Source: Nanobdellota archaeon
GTDB lineage: Archaea; Nanobdellota; Nanobdellia; SCGC-AAA011-G17; JAFCDX01
Direction: 5' to 3'
NCBI GenBank assembly: GCA_040753775.1
Contig: JBFMDT010000002.1
Span: forward strand, 11,955-75,954
Length of the DNA: 64,000 nt
This document shows positions 27,937 to 36,760 of this stretch, one piece after another. A model generated the notes under the pieces. That model was given only the letters and a program-made list of their open reading frames with translations. It had not been told where the DNA came from and did not search any database. Within the stretch, counting starts at the first letter, position 1; every line of letters begins with the position of its first letter. The position numbers and the translations under genes are program-made.

Positions 27937-30243
27937 TTATAACAATTTATTTTCAACATCAGCAACCATGCTTCTTGTCTTGTTTACAACATCAGGATTT
28001 ACAGAAATGCTATCAATTTCATTTTTTACAAGGAATTCAACAATTTCTGAATATTCACTTGGGGCCTGCCCGCATATAGAAACAGTTTTGCCATATTTAT
28101 GAAATCCCTTAATTATATTTTCTATAGCCATTAATACAGCTTCATTTCTCTCATTAAAGTAGCCCATCTTACCCAATATGGCAGAGTCCCTATCAACACC
28201 TAAAATAAGCTGCGTTAAATCATTGCTTCCAATAGAGCAGCCATCTATGGGCAGTTGTGCGAATTCTTCTGTTATCAAAGCCATGCTTGGAACCTCAGCC
28301 ATAAGCCACACCTTAAAATCATCGCTTCTTACCAATCCTTCTGCCTCCATTATAGACAAGCATTCCAAAACCTCTGTTAATGTCCTGACAAAAGGCAACA
28401 TAACATATACATTATTAATCCCCTCCTCTCTTACCTTTTTGATAGCCCTGCACTCTAACTTAAATGCCTCTTTGTATTCATCGCTGATATACCTTGAAAC
28501 CCCCCTCCAGCCAATCATAGGATTATCTTCATGCGGTTCATACTTCTCACCGCCTTCCAAATCCCTGTACTCATTTGTCTTAAAATCAGAAAACCTAACT
28601 ACAATCGGCTTGGGGTGTATTGCTCTTGCTACCTTTGAAATACCCTCAGCAAACTTATCTATATACTCATGTCCTTTCCCATCCTTAATAAGTTTTAAGG
28701 GGTGTTTTTTTATATAAGAGGCAATCATAAATTCGACCCTCATCAATCCAATTCCATCAAAAAATAATTCCTTGTATTTTTCTATCTTTTCAGGCTCTCC
28801 TAGATTCATATATATCTTTGTTTTTGTCTCCTTAAATTCATACTCTTCAGGCTTTTCCTCTTCAACCTCAGCTTTTCCAGAATAAATCTTTCCATGTGTT
28901 CCATCTACTGTTATTGTTGTGCCTTCTTTTAATAAAGTTGTAGCATTTCCAGTTCCAACAACACAGGCAATTCCCATCTCCCTGCTTACTATACTTGCAT
29001 GACTTGTTAATCCACCTTCATCAGTAACTATTGCCCTTGCCTTCTGCATAGCTACAACATAGTCAGGAGAAGTCATTTTAGTGACAAGCACAGAATCTTT
29101 GTCAATTTTCCACAAGTCATTTACATTATCTATTATCTTTACAATGCCACTAGCAACACCAGGGCTTGCACCCAAACCGCTTAACAATACACTCCCTTTT
29201 ATTTCCTCTGTTTTTTTTGCCTCTTCAACCTTCTTTATCGTAGTTATCGGCCTTGACTGCACAATATACAGCTTTCCATTCTCAACAGCAAACTCAATAT
29301 CCTGCGAGTTTCCATAATGATCCTCTATGTCTTTTACTATTTTTGCTAATTGTACTATTTGTGCATCTGTTAATTTTTGCTTTCTTCCATTCTCTTCATT
29401 AAGATTTTTTTTAATAGTTCTTCCATAAAGCTCGTCCTTTACATACATGAACTTCTGGTAATTTGCTTTTTTATTTTTTATCTCAAAATTGTTTTTATCA
29501 ATAATATAGTTATCAGGTTCAACTTCACCGCCAACTATTGCCTCGCCTAACCCAAAGCCAGCCTCAATCACTATATTATCCTCATTTGTGCTTGGATTTA
29601 TGGAAAATGCAACACCGCTTGCCTCAGAATTTACCATCTTTTGTACAATAACTGCAATCAATACTTTCTCATGTGGAAAATTATTCTTAACCCTGTAATA
29701 AATTGCCCTTGCTGTGTACAAAGATGCCCAGCACTGCTGAACAGCTTTTATTAAATTATCATTGCCCTTTACATTAAGAAAAGTTGCTTGCTGCCCTGCA
29801 AAAGATGCTGTTGGAAGATCTTCAGCCGTGGCAGAACTTCTAACAGCAACAAAAGGCAAATCTCTACCTGCTTTTATGAAGGACAAAGCTTTTCTATTAA
29901 CACTCTTTAAAACATCAACATCTATGTTCATTGCATCGTAAGCCTTAATAATATCTTTCTTTATTTCATCAGGCATTTCTGCTTCCATTATCATATCCTG
30001 CACTTCCTCAGCTGTATCATACAATTTTTCAGTATCCTGTATATCTAAATTACTTAACTTAGAAAATATTTTGTCACCAATTTTAGTCTTTTCAAGAAAT
30101 AACTTAAAAGCCTGTGCAGTTATAACAAATCCTGGCGGTATGGGAAATTTTGCATTCCACATCTCTCCTAAATTTGCCCCTTTACCACCAACTAAACCAA
30201 CATCCTCTTTTGATAGCTCCTTAAACCATGCTATATTTTTCAT
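27937..30243 (-). CDS. ppsA: Phosphoenolpyruvate synthase (pyruvate, water dikinase)
   Basis: 768 aa. VGGKGANLGEM ATP-grasp N-terminus, phosphohistidine motif GGLTSHASIV, C-terminal PEP-utilising TIM barrel. Confidence 0.9.
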   Translation of the reverse strand: MKNIAWFKELSKEDVGLVGGKGANLGEMWNAKFPIPPGFVITAQAFKLFLEKTKIGDKIFSKLSNLDIQDTEKLYDTAEEVQDMIMEAEMPDEIKKDIIKAYDAMNIDVDVLKSVNRKALSFIKAGRDLPFVAVRSSATAEDLPTASFAGQQATFLNVKGNDNLIKAVQQCWASLYTARAIYYRVKNNFPHEKVLIAVIVQKMVNSEASGVAFSINPSTNEDNIVIEAGFGLGEAIVGGEVEPDNYIIDKNNFEIKNKKANYQKFMYVKDELYGRTIKKNLNEENGRKQKLTDAQIVQLAKIVKDIEDHYGNSQDIEFAVENGKLYIVQSRPITTIKKVEEAKKTEEIKGSVLLSGLGASPGVASGIVKIIDNVNDLWKIDKDSVLVTKMTSPDYVVAMQKARAIVTDEGGLTSHASIVSREMGIACVVGTGNATTLLKEGTTITVDGTHGKIYSGKAEVEEEKPEEYEFKETKTKIYMNLGEPEKIEKYKELFFDGIGLMRVEFMIASYIKKHPLKLIKDGKGHEYIDKFAEGISKVARAIHPKPIVVRFSDFKTNEYRDLEGGEKYEPHEDNPMIGWRGVSRYISDEYKEAFKLECRAIKKVREEGINNVYVMLPFVRTLTEVLECLSIMEAEGLVRSDDFKVWLMAEVPSMALITEEFAQLPIDGCSIGSNDLTQLILGVDRDSAILGKMGYFNERNEAVLMAIENIIKGFHKYGKTVSICGQAPSEYSEIVEFLVKNEIDSISVNPDVVNKTRSMVADVENKLL

Positions 30244-30316
30244 AATACCTCTTTGAATAATTTTAATTTAAGAACATATATAAATGTTGCTATCTACAAT
30301 TTCAATTACATAAAAA

Positions 30317-30324
30317 TTTAAATA
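30317..30324 (+). promoter_or_regulatory. TATA box (TTTAAATA)
   Basis: 29 nt upstream of ATG 30346. Confidence 0.4.
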
Positions 30325-30345
30325 GTTCCAATCATTAATTTTTAT

Positions 30346-31203
30346 ATGGCTTTGGAAAGCAAAATTAAAGCGCTTTATACACAAGCTAAAAAGACTTTAA
30401 CTAATGCTTACGAATGGATTTCTACAGAAAGAGACTATGCAATAATAAATCTTGCTGGCCTAGTTCATGAGTCTGTAAGGAGAAAATATCCTATAGGAAA
30501 AGAAAATAGAAATTTGGGTATCAAAGCTTATGACAAAGATCCAATTGTGTTGTTGCATGGATTTGCACAAAATCGTGGTGTCTTGATAGATATGGCTGAG
30601 AAAATAAGAAGAAAAGGATTTGAATTTATATTTAGGATGGATTACAAATATTACAAAAGCATAGATGAAATAATAAAAAATCTTGATTATAAAATAAAAA
30701 ATATAATCAATGAAACTAAGTGCAATACAAAAAAAGTAAGCCTAATAGGTCATAGCGAGGGCGGTCTTGTTGCTCGTGACTACAGCATAAAGCATCCAGA
30801 AAATGTAGATTATTGTATAATGGTTGGAACCCCAAACAAAGGGACTTACGTAGCAATTCCAGGTTATTTTCTTGCTCTTTTACTGAAACATAGCCCTATC
30901 TCAAAACTTTTAAAAATTAAATTTGATTCAGCCAGTGCATATCAAATGATACCAGGAACACAAAAAACTCCGAACGTCAAAGAAAACGGTGTAAAATACT
31001 TCAGCATATACTCAAAATACGATGAAGCTGTAATTAAAAAAGATAGCGAAATAGTTCCATTTGCTATAAACATACTTATAGAAGAATTTGGAGTTAAATA
31101 CAGGGGCCACATAGCCCTGATTCATGATACAAAGATAATAGATGGAATCTGCAGTATTTTAAATGGAGAATTTAAAAGAGATGAAGTGAAAAATATAGCA
31201 TAA
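30346..31203 (+). CDS. Alpha/beta hydrolase (lipase/esterase-like)
   Basis: 285 aa. LLHGF oxyanion region, GHSEGG nucleophile elbow, MVGTPNKGT. Confidence 0.7.
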   Translation: MALESKIKALYTQAKKTLTNAYEWISTERDYAIINLAGLVHESVRRKYPIGKENRNLGIKAYDKDPIVLLHGFAQNRGVLIDMAEKIRRKGFEFIFRMDYKYYKSIDEIIKNLDYKIKNIINETKCNTKKVSLIGHSEGGLVARDYSIKHPENVDYCIMVGTPNKGTYVAIPGYFLALLLKHSPISKLLKIKFDSASAYQMIPGTQKTPNVKENGVKYFSIYSKYDEAVIKKDSEIVPFAINILIEEFGVKYRGHIALIHDTKIIDGICSILNGEFKRDEVKNIA

Positions 31204-31234
31204 AGTATTTAAGTAGCTTTTAGTTAATAAATAC

Positions 31235-31408
31235 ATGAAAAGGGGTTTGCTTCACCAAGTTAAAAGGATCTGGAGTGCCTTTAAGATTCCTCCTTATGAA
31301 AGGGGAAGCTATGGAAAGGCAACAGGAAAAGGCTTTAAAAACCAGATGTTCAGTGGAGCTCCTGGCTATACAAAAGTTACAAAAATAAAGCATAGGAAAA
31401 AATCATAA
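31235..31408 (+). CDS. Small basic hypothetical protein (57 aa), absent from the ORF track
   Basis: Hand translation: MKRGLLHQVKRIWSAFKIPPYERGSYGKATGKGFKNQMFSGAPGYTKVTKIKHRKKS. No family recognised. Could be spurious. Confidence 0.2.
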   Translation: MKRGLLHQVKRIWSAFKIPPYERGSYGKATGKGFKNQMFSGAPGYTKVTKIKHRKKS

Positions 31409-32368
31409 TTCAGTAGATTTAAGGTATTTAATAAATATGTCTGTTAATTTTGGATCAAACTGTATCCCCCTATTTCTCTTAAATTCCATTATAATCTCTC
31501 CTTTATCATCCACCTTTTCCTTATATCTTCTACCATTAATAATAGGGTCTAAAGCATCTGCTAATGCAACGATTCTTGCTGCATATGGTATTTTATAGTT
31601 CTTTTTCTCATAATACCCTCTTCCATCCCACCTTTCATGATGGTACTTTACAACATCCAATATCAATTTATTATTGAAAGTATCAAAATCTTTAAGCAAT
31701 AAATATCCTAACTCCGTATGCTCTTTTAAAGGATTATTTTTATCAGAAAACATTTTAATCAATCCATTTTTAAAAAATGATTGGTAGCTTCTAAGCAAAC
31801 CTTTATTCTTCAGCCTTATCTTACCGATATCATGCAACCTCGTCCCTAACTTTATTTTATCTTTTGTATAGTTATCTATTTTTAAAAATTTAAGAAAATT
31901 TGTGACATATTCAGTAACCCTCTCGACGTGGATTGCAAGTTCGGTGTCTACCTCTTCATAAAGCATATAAGATGCTATTATCAGGTCGTTCCTTGATTTG
32001 CGCTCCTCTGTAATATCCTTTGCAATCCCTATTGTGCCATATGTTTTACCAAGGGAAATATCAAATCTAGTCTGCCATTCTGTACCATCCTTTTTTAATA
32101 GAGTAGCCTCGTAATTCTTTATACTGCCCTCCTTATTAACCATCTTTTTAAGAATATCCCTTTCTTCCCTATATTTCCACAATATTTTTACAGATTTTCC
32201 TATAAGTTCTTCTGGTTCATATCCTGTAATTTTCTCTACATTATCGCTTACCCACCTTATAGTTTCTTTATCCTTATTAGTAATTACAATAAGCGTATCT
32301 CCAGAATTAGCAAGCAAATCTTCAAGAGCTAATGTACTGCTGGCTAAATTTTTTAAAATCTCATTCAT
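31403..32368 (-). CDS. PAS domain - HD-GYP domain signalling protein
   Basis: 321 aa. PAS (ITGYEPEELIGKSV...KDGTEW) followed by HDIGK and HHERWDGRGYY...IVALADALD...FDP, the HD-GYP pattern with GYY instead of GYP. Confidence 0.8.
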   Translation of the reverse strand: MNEILKNLASSTLALEDLLANSGDTLIVITNKDKETIRWVSDNVEKITGYEPEELIGKSVKILWKYREERDILKKMVNKEGSIKNYEATLLKKDGTEWQTRFDISLGKTYGTIGIAKDITEERKSRNDLIIASYMLYEEVDTELAIHVERVTEYVTNFLKFLKIDNYTKDKIKLGTRLHDIGKIRLKNKGLLRSYQSFFKNGLIKMFSDKNNPLKEHTELGYLLLKDFDTFNNKLILDVVKYHHERWDGRGYYEKKNYKIPYAARIVALADALDPIINGRRYKEKVDDKGEIIMEFKRNRGIQFDPKLTDIFIKYLKSTEL

Positions 32369-32429
32369 TTAACCCCCAAACAATGGTTAATATACATGTT
32401 CTTTATGTATTTAAACATTTGCAAACAGT

Positions 32430-32437
32430 TTTATATA
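32430..32437 (+). promoter_or_regulatory. TATA box (TTTATATA)
   Basis: 27 nt upstream of ATG 32457. Confidence 0.4.
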
Positions 32438-32456
32438 CTTGATTCTTAATATTTTT

Positions 32457-33074
32457 ATGGATTTCAAGGAAAAAAATAAGAAGTTAATAGAAGAATTGAA
32501 AAGGGAAGGCATAATAGATAAAAAAATTTTAGATGCAATTGAAAATACCCCAAGGCACTTGTTTGTAAGAAAAGAACATTTAAGTGAGGCTTATAACAAC
32601 TATCCTTTGCCTATCGGAAATGAAGCAACCATTTCCCAGCCATATACCGTTGCATTTATGCTGGAAAAAATAGAACTAAAAAAGGGATTAAAAGTTTTGG
32701 AAATAGGAACAGGCTCTGGATGGAATGCTGCACTAATAGCAGAAATAATTAAGCCAGGCAAAATATACACAACTGAAATTACCACAAGCTTAGTCAAATT
32801 TGCAAAAGAAAACATAAAAAAAATTAAAATAAAAAATATAAAAATAATACGGGCAAAGGAAATTGGCTATAAAAAAGAAGCCCTTTATGACAGGATAATT
32901 GTTACAGCAGCCTCTAAGAATATACCTGAAGAATTGCTTAATCAGTTAAAAAATAATGGAATTATGCTGATACCTGTTGGAGAATATTCCCAGAAAATGC
33001 TTAAAATTAGAAAGCTTAAAGATAAAATAAAAACTGAAGATCTGGGAGGTTTTATGTTTGTGCCATTAAGGTAA
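32457..33074 (+). CDS. pcm: Protein-L-isoaspartate O-methyltransferase
   Basis: Frame of ORF 32439-33074. ISQPYTVAFMLE and VLEIGTGSGWNAA motifs. Confidence 0.85.
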   Translation: MDFKEKNKKLIEELKREGIIDKKILDAIENTPRHLFVRKEHLSEAYNNYPLPIGNEATISQPYTVAFMLEKIELKKGLKVLEIGTGSGWNAALIAEIIKPGKIYTTEITTSLVKFAKENIKKIKIKNIKIIRAKEIGYKKEALYDRIIVTAASKNIPEELLNQLKNNGIMLIPVGEYSQKMLKIRKLKDKIKTEDLGGFMFVPLR

Positions 33075-33075
33075 A

Positions 33076-33594
33076 TCAACTTAATTTACTAATTTCTATC
33101 TTGCATCTGACAGGCAATCTTGCAATAGCCTTTTTTAAGGATTCTCTTGCTACGTCTGCATCATCAACATGTGCTGTCATTATAGCCTTGCCATTTTTAA
33201 CCTGTGCAGATGCTCCTATAACCCTGCCGAAGCTGTGTGCCATTCCTGTCTGTAACCTGTCAGCATGCGCCCCGCCAAGCATCTTATTTTCCCTTAATAT
33301 GTGATGCGGGTATAAATCAATTGTAAGGTAATAACCATTGGTTCCAAGATTTTCATGCAAGTGCCTGTTAACAACCTGCCTTGCTGATTCTATTGCATTG
33401 TGCCTTATCTGAGCATCATCTTTTGAAACAAGTTTTGCAACATAATTAAACTTTTTTGTAAGGTCACCCATGTTAAATCTTGTTATCTTTATAGAAGGTA
33501 CTGTTGCAATATACGCCTTAGTTTTGAATTTGCTTGTTCTTGTATACGGTCTTTTCAATGGCCTGTAACATTTGCCCTTTCTTAAAGTTCCCAT
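33076..33594 (-). CDS. rpl10e: 50S ribosomal protein L10e (uL16)
   Basis: 172 aa. The RPYTRTSKF...ITRFNMGD N-terminus is typical of archaeal L10e. Confidence 0.9.
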   Translation of the reverse strand: MGTLRKGKCYRPLKRPYTRTSKFKTKAYIATVPSIKITRFNMGDLTKKFNYVAKLVSKDDAQIRHNAIESARQVVNRHLHENLGTNGYYLTIDLYPHHILRENKMLGGAHADRLQTGMAHSFGRVIGASAQVKNGKAIMTAHVDDADVARESLKKAIARLPVRCKIEISKLS

Positions 33595-33595
33595 C

Positions 33596-33865
33596 TTATT
33601 CCACCTTGACTTTAGTGCCTATTGCCTGCCCTGGTAATCCCCTTTCAAATCTTACCCTTAATGCTCCTGAATTTCCATGCAGCGCAGTTATAACCCCCTT
33701 TATTTCCTTTTTTCCAGAGCTGCTCTTCCAAATCACACTTTTATTTAATAATTTTTGCACCTTTTCCTTGTCAATATCACTAACTTTTATGAGCATCTGG
33801 TTATTTGTTTGGGTATGTCTTCCGCGCCTGAAATTAACAATTTGGGCTTCCATTTTATCAGCCAT
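33596..33865 (-). CDS. rpl35ae: 50S ribosomal protein L35Ae (eL33)
   Basis: 89 aa. The GVITALHGNSGALRVRFERGLPGQAIG C-terminus is typical of L35Ae. Confidence 0.85.
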   Translation of the reverse strand: MADKMEAQIVNFRRGRHTQTNNQMLIKVSDIDKEKVQKLLNKSVIWKSSSGKKEIKGVITALHGNSGALRVRFERGLPGQAIGTKVKVE

Positions 33866-33976
33866 ATAGGGATTGTTTAAAAGCTTTTTGTTTCCCCATC
33901 CCTCCTTTTAATACAGTTACTACCAATAAGATACAACTATAGAAAGATTTAAATATACCTTTTGTATAATTTTTAT

Positions 33977-34663
33977 ATGCTAAAAACAATAAACAAAGGC
34001 ATTCAAATATACAAAGATATAAAAGCGCGCAGTAATATTATAGAAAGAGAAGGCCCATTTTTTAGCAAAGATAACATTGAGCAGAGGGTTAGAGAGGAAA
34101 GATTAAGGATAGCAGATCCAGAAGTTGCACCGTTCCAAAATGATAAACCTGCCTTTGCTATAGTTAAGATAAATTTAATATTATTTAATTATTGGGATTT
34201 GAAGGAAATATTCTACAGCGTACATAACCTTATGCTTCCAGATTTAATGCTGATGAATCAAAATGAGGCAGAGATATTGGCAACATACCTTGGTTCAAAT
34301 AAAATAAAAACAGATAAGCATAGGCATTTAAGATTGTGTAATCAGTCCTTTGAAGATATTATAAGAATTATAGACCAGGAAGGATATAAAAATCCAGCAA
34401 TTCTGACGCTGCAATATAATGGATTTAAGCCGCATTCAATCAAAAAAGGAGATAAACAAAAAAGGTTTAATTTAATGCCACCTTCTGTTAAAAGATTATT
34501 TTTAGCTTCATTTTCACAACCTCTTAAAAAGCCAGTCCATATGGATAAATACAATGGATATTTTTATGATCCCAACTGCGATGGGCATAGCAAAAGGATT
34601 TATGTTGATGCTATTTACAAATATTTTAAAATGCGCTCCGAATCTATAAAAAAGAACGTTTAG
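33977..34663 (+). CDS. Hypothetical protein
   Basis: Frame of ORF 33962-34663. TTTAAATATA at 33948-33957 lies 29 nt before ATG 33977. No family recognised. Confidence 0.45.
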   Translation: MLKTINKGIQIYKDIKARSNIIEREGPFFSKDNIEQRVREERLRIADPEVAPFQNDKPAFAIVKINLILFNYWDLKEIFYSVHNLMLPDLMLMNQNEAEILATYLGSNKIKTDKHRHLRLCNQSFEDIIRIIDQEGYKNPAILTLQYNGFKPHSIKKGDKQKRFNLMPPSVKRLFLASFSQPLKKPVHMDKYNGYFYDPNCDGHSKRIYVDAIYKYFKMRSESIKKNV

Positions 34664-34673
34664 GAACTTTGGC

Positions 34674-36443
34674 CTAGTAATTAATTAATATTTCAACATC
34701 CTTTCCAAACAGCTTTCTTAAGTTTTCAAATATTTTTTCTTTAATGAAAACCTTGCTTGGTATAGAAACAGAAGCTAAGTTATCTTCAAATTCCTTCAAG
34801 TTTGATTCTTCAATATTGTCCAAGCTACCATTGCTTAACAATTTTGCTTTGCTAATCTTTTTTTCTTCTGCATCCATGTCATCTATTATAAAGGCAGTGT
34901 CATTAAGAAGGATTAATTCCCCAAACTTATTGCCATACTTAAACCTTATCTTAGCCCTTTCAATCTCGTACCCGCGCTTTCTCTGTATGTATTCAAGCAT
35001 GGCTCTTGCAAAACTCCTTGCCTCCTTCTTAACCTTCTCCAATTCCTGCGAGCTTAGCTTTTTTTCTGATTTGGTTTTTTCTACAAGCTTTAATGTCCTG
35101 TAAAATCTTTCGGGAATCTTGCCTTTGTCAACAAGCTCCTTCTTAAACGCATCAATAGCATTTGCATAAGGAATATTATTAACCTTAAGAACATCCTTTA
35201 CTATTGCTGTACAGCTTTCATAAGTCTCAACTATGCTCTCCTTTTCCTTTCTTTCCTCTATCTGTACAAAAAGCTTCTTTATTCTTTTTAGATAGTCTTC
35301 AGCATCTTTCAGCAAATTGTCTATGTCCTTGCCTGAAACCTGTTTTACTTTTCCATGCTCAATATCCTTATAATATTTCCTTATTCTTTCCAATATGTCA
35401 ACGTATTTCTTTTCAAGCAGTTTTTCCTTTTGGACAAATATTTTATCAAGAAGCTCTATTGTTTCCAATGGTGTTGGTGGCGCTACTCCATAAAGCATTA
35501 ATGCAGCCTGTGCAGGGTTCAATATAGCATAATAAAGGTCTTCCCCGACAACACTAAGCATTTTGTACCTTATCCTCTGTATAAGCTTTTCCCCAACATC
35601 CATCTGCATTTCTATTGCCTCTGGGCTCGGCCTTATTCTACCCATCTTAAGCAGTAACTTCCACGGCATGAATACTCCTCTATCATACAAAGGAACACCA
35701 TCCCTCAAGAAAGTATAGATTACAGGATGCGCATCTTTGACACTTTCCCAGAAATCAGTTAATATATAAGTTTGTATATGAAATTGCTTGTCAACACCAG
35801 TTATTTTTGCTGCCTCTCCTCCCATTCCATGTATTATTGCACTAAGCTTGTCTTTCAATTCAAGCCTTGACATTTTTTTGACATCTGTATCATCAATAAT
35901 TATGTACACATCAATATCCCTGCTTTTCTCCCCCCTGAACAAGGATCCAGCAGCAACATAGCTGACAACATACTTCTCAAATTTTCTTATGGCCATTGTT
36001 TTATGCACTTCAGAAATTTTCATTGCAGCAAGCATATCTGTAGAATCATGCATTATTGCTGACATTGCTATATACTGCAGTATTTCATATTTTCCATCAA
36101 AAAGCATCTCCTTAAGCTCAGATCCAGAAATTATTTGCAATTTTATGTTCTTGTCAACCTCTTCGGCAATCTTTGTAATGCCCTTGCTGAGCCTTGGTGC
36201 CTCTTCGCTTATGTTTTTTATCTCATTTTCATTTATTAGAATCAGGACATTTATATTTTCCTTATGCTCTTTATCTGGCGGCAGCAAGGCTATGCCTATA
36301 ACATACTTTGAAAAATCCTTTAATACCTTCTTTTTAAAGTTTTCAAGCTTTTTCTTAATAGCCTCAAGCTTTTTCTTGACTTCTTCAGGTATTTCAGGAA
36401 CTTTGATTTCCTTCTCTTCTTCTTTTTCTTCGTACTCTGGCAT
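34674..36443 (-). CDS. Large nucleotidyltransferase-domain protein (MNT-like NTase plus helical HEPN-like regions)
   Basis: 589 aa. Pol-beta-type NTase motif AAGSLFRGEKSRDIDVYIIIDD. A degenerate upstream copy (IGIALLPPDKEHKENINVLILINE). Helical segment YYAILNPAQAALMLYGVAPPTP. Confidence 0.5.
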   Translation of the reverse strand: MPEYEEKEEEKEIKVPEIPEEVKKKLEAIKKKLENFKKKVLKDFSKYVIGIALLPPDKEHKENINVLILINENEIKNISEEAPRLSKGITKIAEEVDKNIKLQIISGSELKEMLFDGKYEILQYIAMSAIMHDSTDMLAAMKISEVHKTMAIRKFEKYVVSYVAAGSLFRGEKSRDIDVYIIIDDTDVKKMSRLELKDKLSAIIHGMGGEAAKITGVDKQFHIQTYILTDFWESVKDAHPVIYTFLRDGVPLYDRGVFMPWKLLLKMGRIRPSPEAIEMQMDVGEKLIQRIRYKMLSVVGEDLYYAILNPAQAALMLYGVAPPTPLETIELLDKIFVQKEKLLEKKYVDILERIRKYYKDIEHGKVKQVSGKDIDNLLKDAEDYLKRIKKLFVQIEERKEKESIVETYESCTAIVKDVLKVNNIPYANAIDAFKKELVDKGKIPERFYRTLKLVEKTKSEKKLSSQELEKVKKEARSFARAMLEYIQRKRGYEIERAKIRFKYGNKFGELILLNDTAFIIDDMDAEEKKISKAKLLSNGSLDNIEESNLKEFEDNLASVSIPSKVFIKEKIFENLRKLFGKDVEILINY

Positions 36444-36554
36444 AATATTACCCGCCCTCTTTCTTATTTAAATGTTTTGTTATTCAGCTATTCAAAAGGT
36501 TTTTATAATACTATTTCATGTTTTACAATAAGGGCCTGTGGTCTAGTGGTTATG

Positions 36555-36579
36555 AGGCTGAATTTAAAAAGTCTAACAT
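36555..36579 (+). other. tRNA-Val intron 1 (25 nt, non-canonical, D-arm about position 23/24)
   Basis: Hand-folded hBHBh' motif: AGTG/CACT, 3-nt bulge, GTTA/TAAC, 3-nt bulge, GGCT/AGTC. Confidence 0.7.
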
Positions 36580-36593
36580 ACACTTCCCTTACA

Positions 36594-36605
36594 AAATTTT
36601 AAGAA
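36594..36605 (+). other. tRNA-Val intron 2 (12 nt, canonical 37/38)
   Basis: Central helix CTTA/TAAG followed by the AAA bulge and the 3' anticodon-stem strand (relaxed BHB). Confidence 0.65.
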
Positions 36606-36646
36606 AGGAAGAGGTCCCCAGTTCGAATCTGGGCAGGCCCACTAAA

Positions 36647-36652
36647 TTTTTT
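36647..36652 (+). terminator. Oligo-T tract downstream of tRNA-Val
   Basis: T6 run 6 nt after the discriminator base. Archaeal terminators are oligo-T. Confidence 0.35.
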
Positions 36653-36760
36653 ATAAAAATAAATTTTGTTTAAATTCTTTAGTGATTAATGAAGATTATT
36701 TTATATTTTCAATAATAGATAAATATTTAAATAAAAATATTCAAAAGATTTTGTTGATTA

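Larger units (their letters stand above)
36532..36641 (+). tRNA. tRNA-Val(UAC) with two introns
   Basis: Acceptor GGGCCTG/CAGGCCC and T-arm CCCAG-TTCGAAT-CTGGG. After removing 36555-36579 and 36594-36605, a normal D-arm and CTTCC-CTTACAA-GGAAG anticodon arm result. No encoded CCA. Confidence 0.8.

Noticed and set aside
28178-28717. 179-aa plus-strand ORF inside ppsA, and similar antisense ORFs at 48525-48941, 53810-54286 and 35989-36471
   Set aside because: All are fully embedded antisense in well-supported genes and have low-complexity composition. They are treated as frame shadows.
36558-36568. Alternative reading of the 36532 tRNA as tRNA-Leu(UAA), with stem CTGAA and loop TTTAAAA
   Set aside because: No complementary TTCAG 3' strand exists. 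The two-intron Val(UAC) model gives full stems and BHB motifs.
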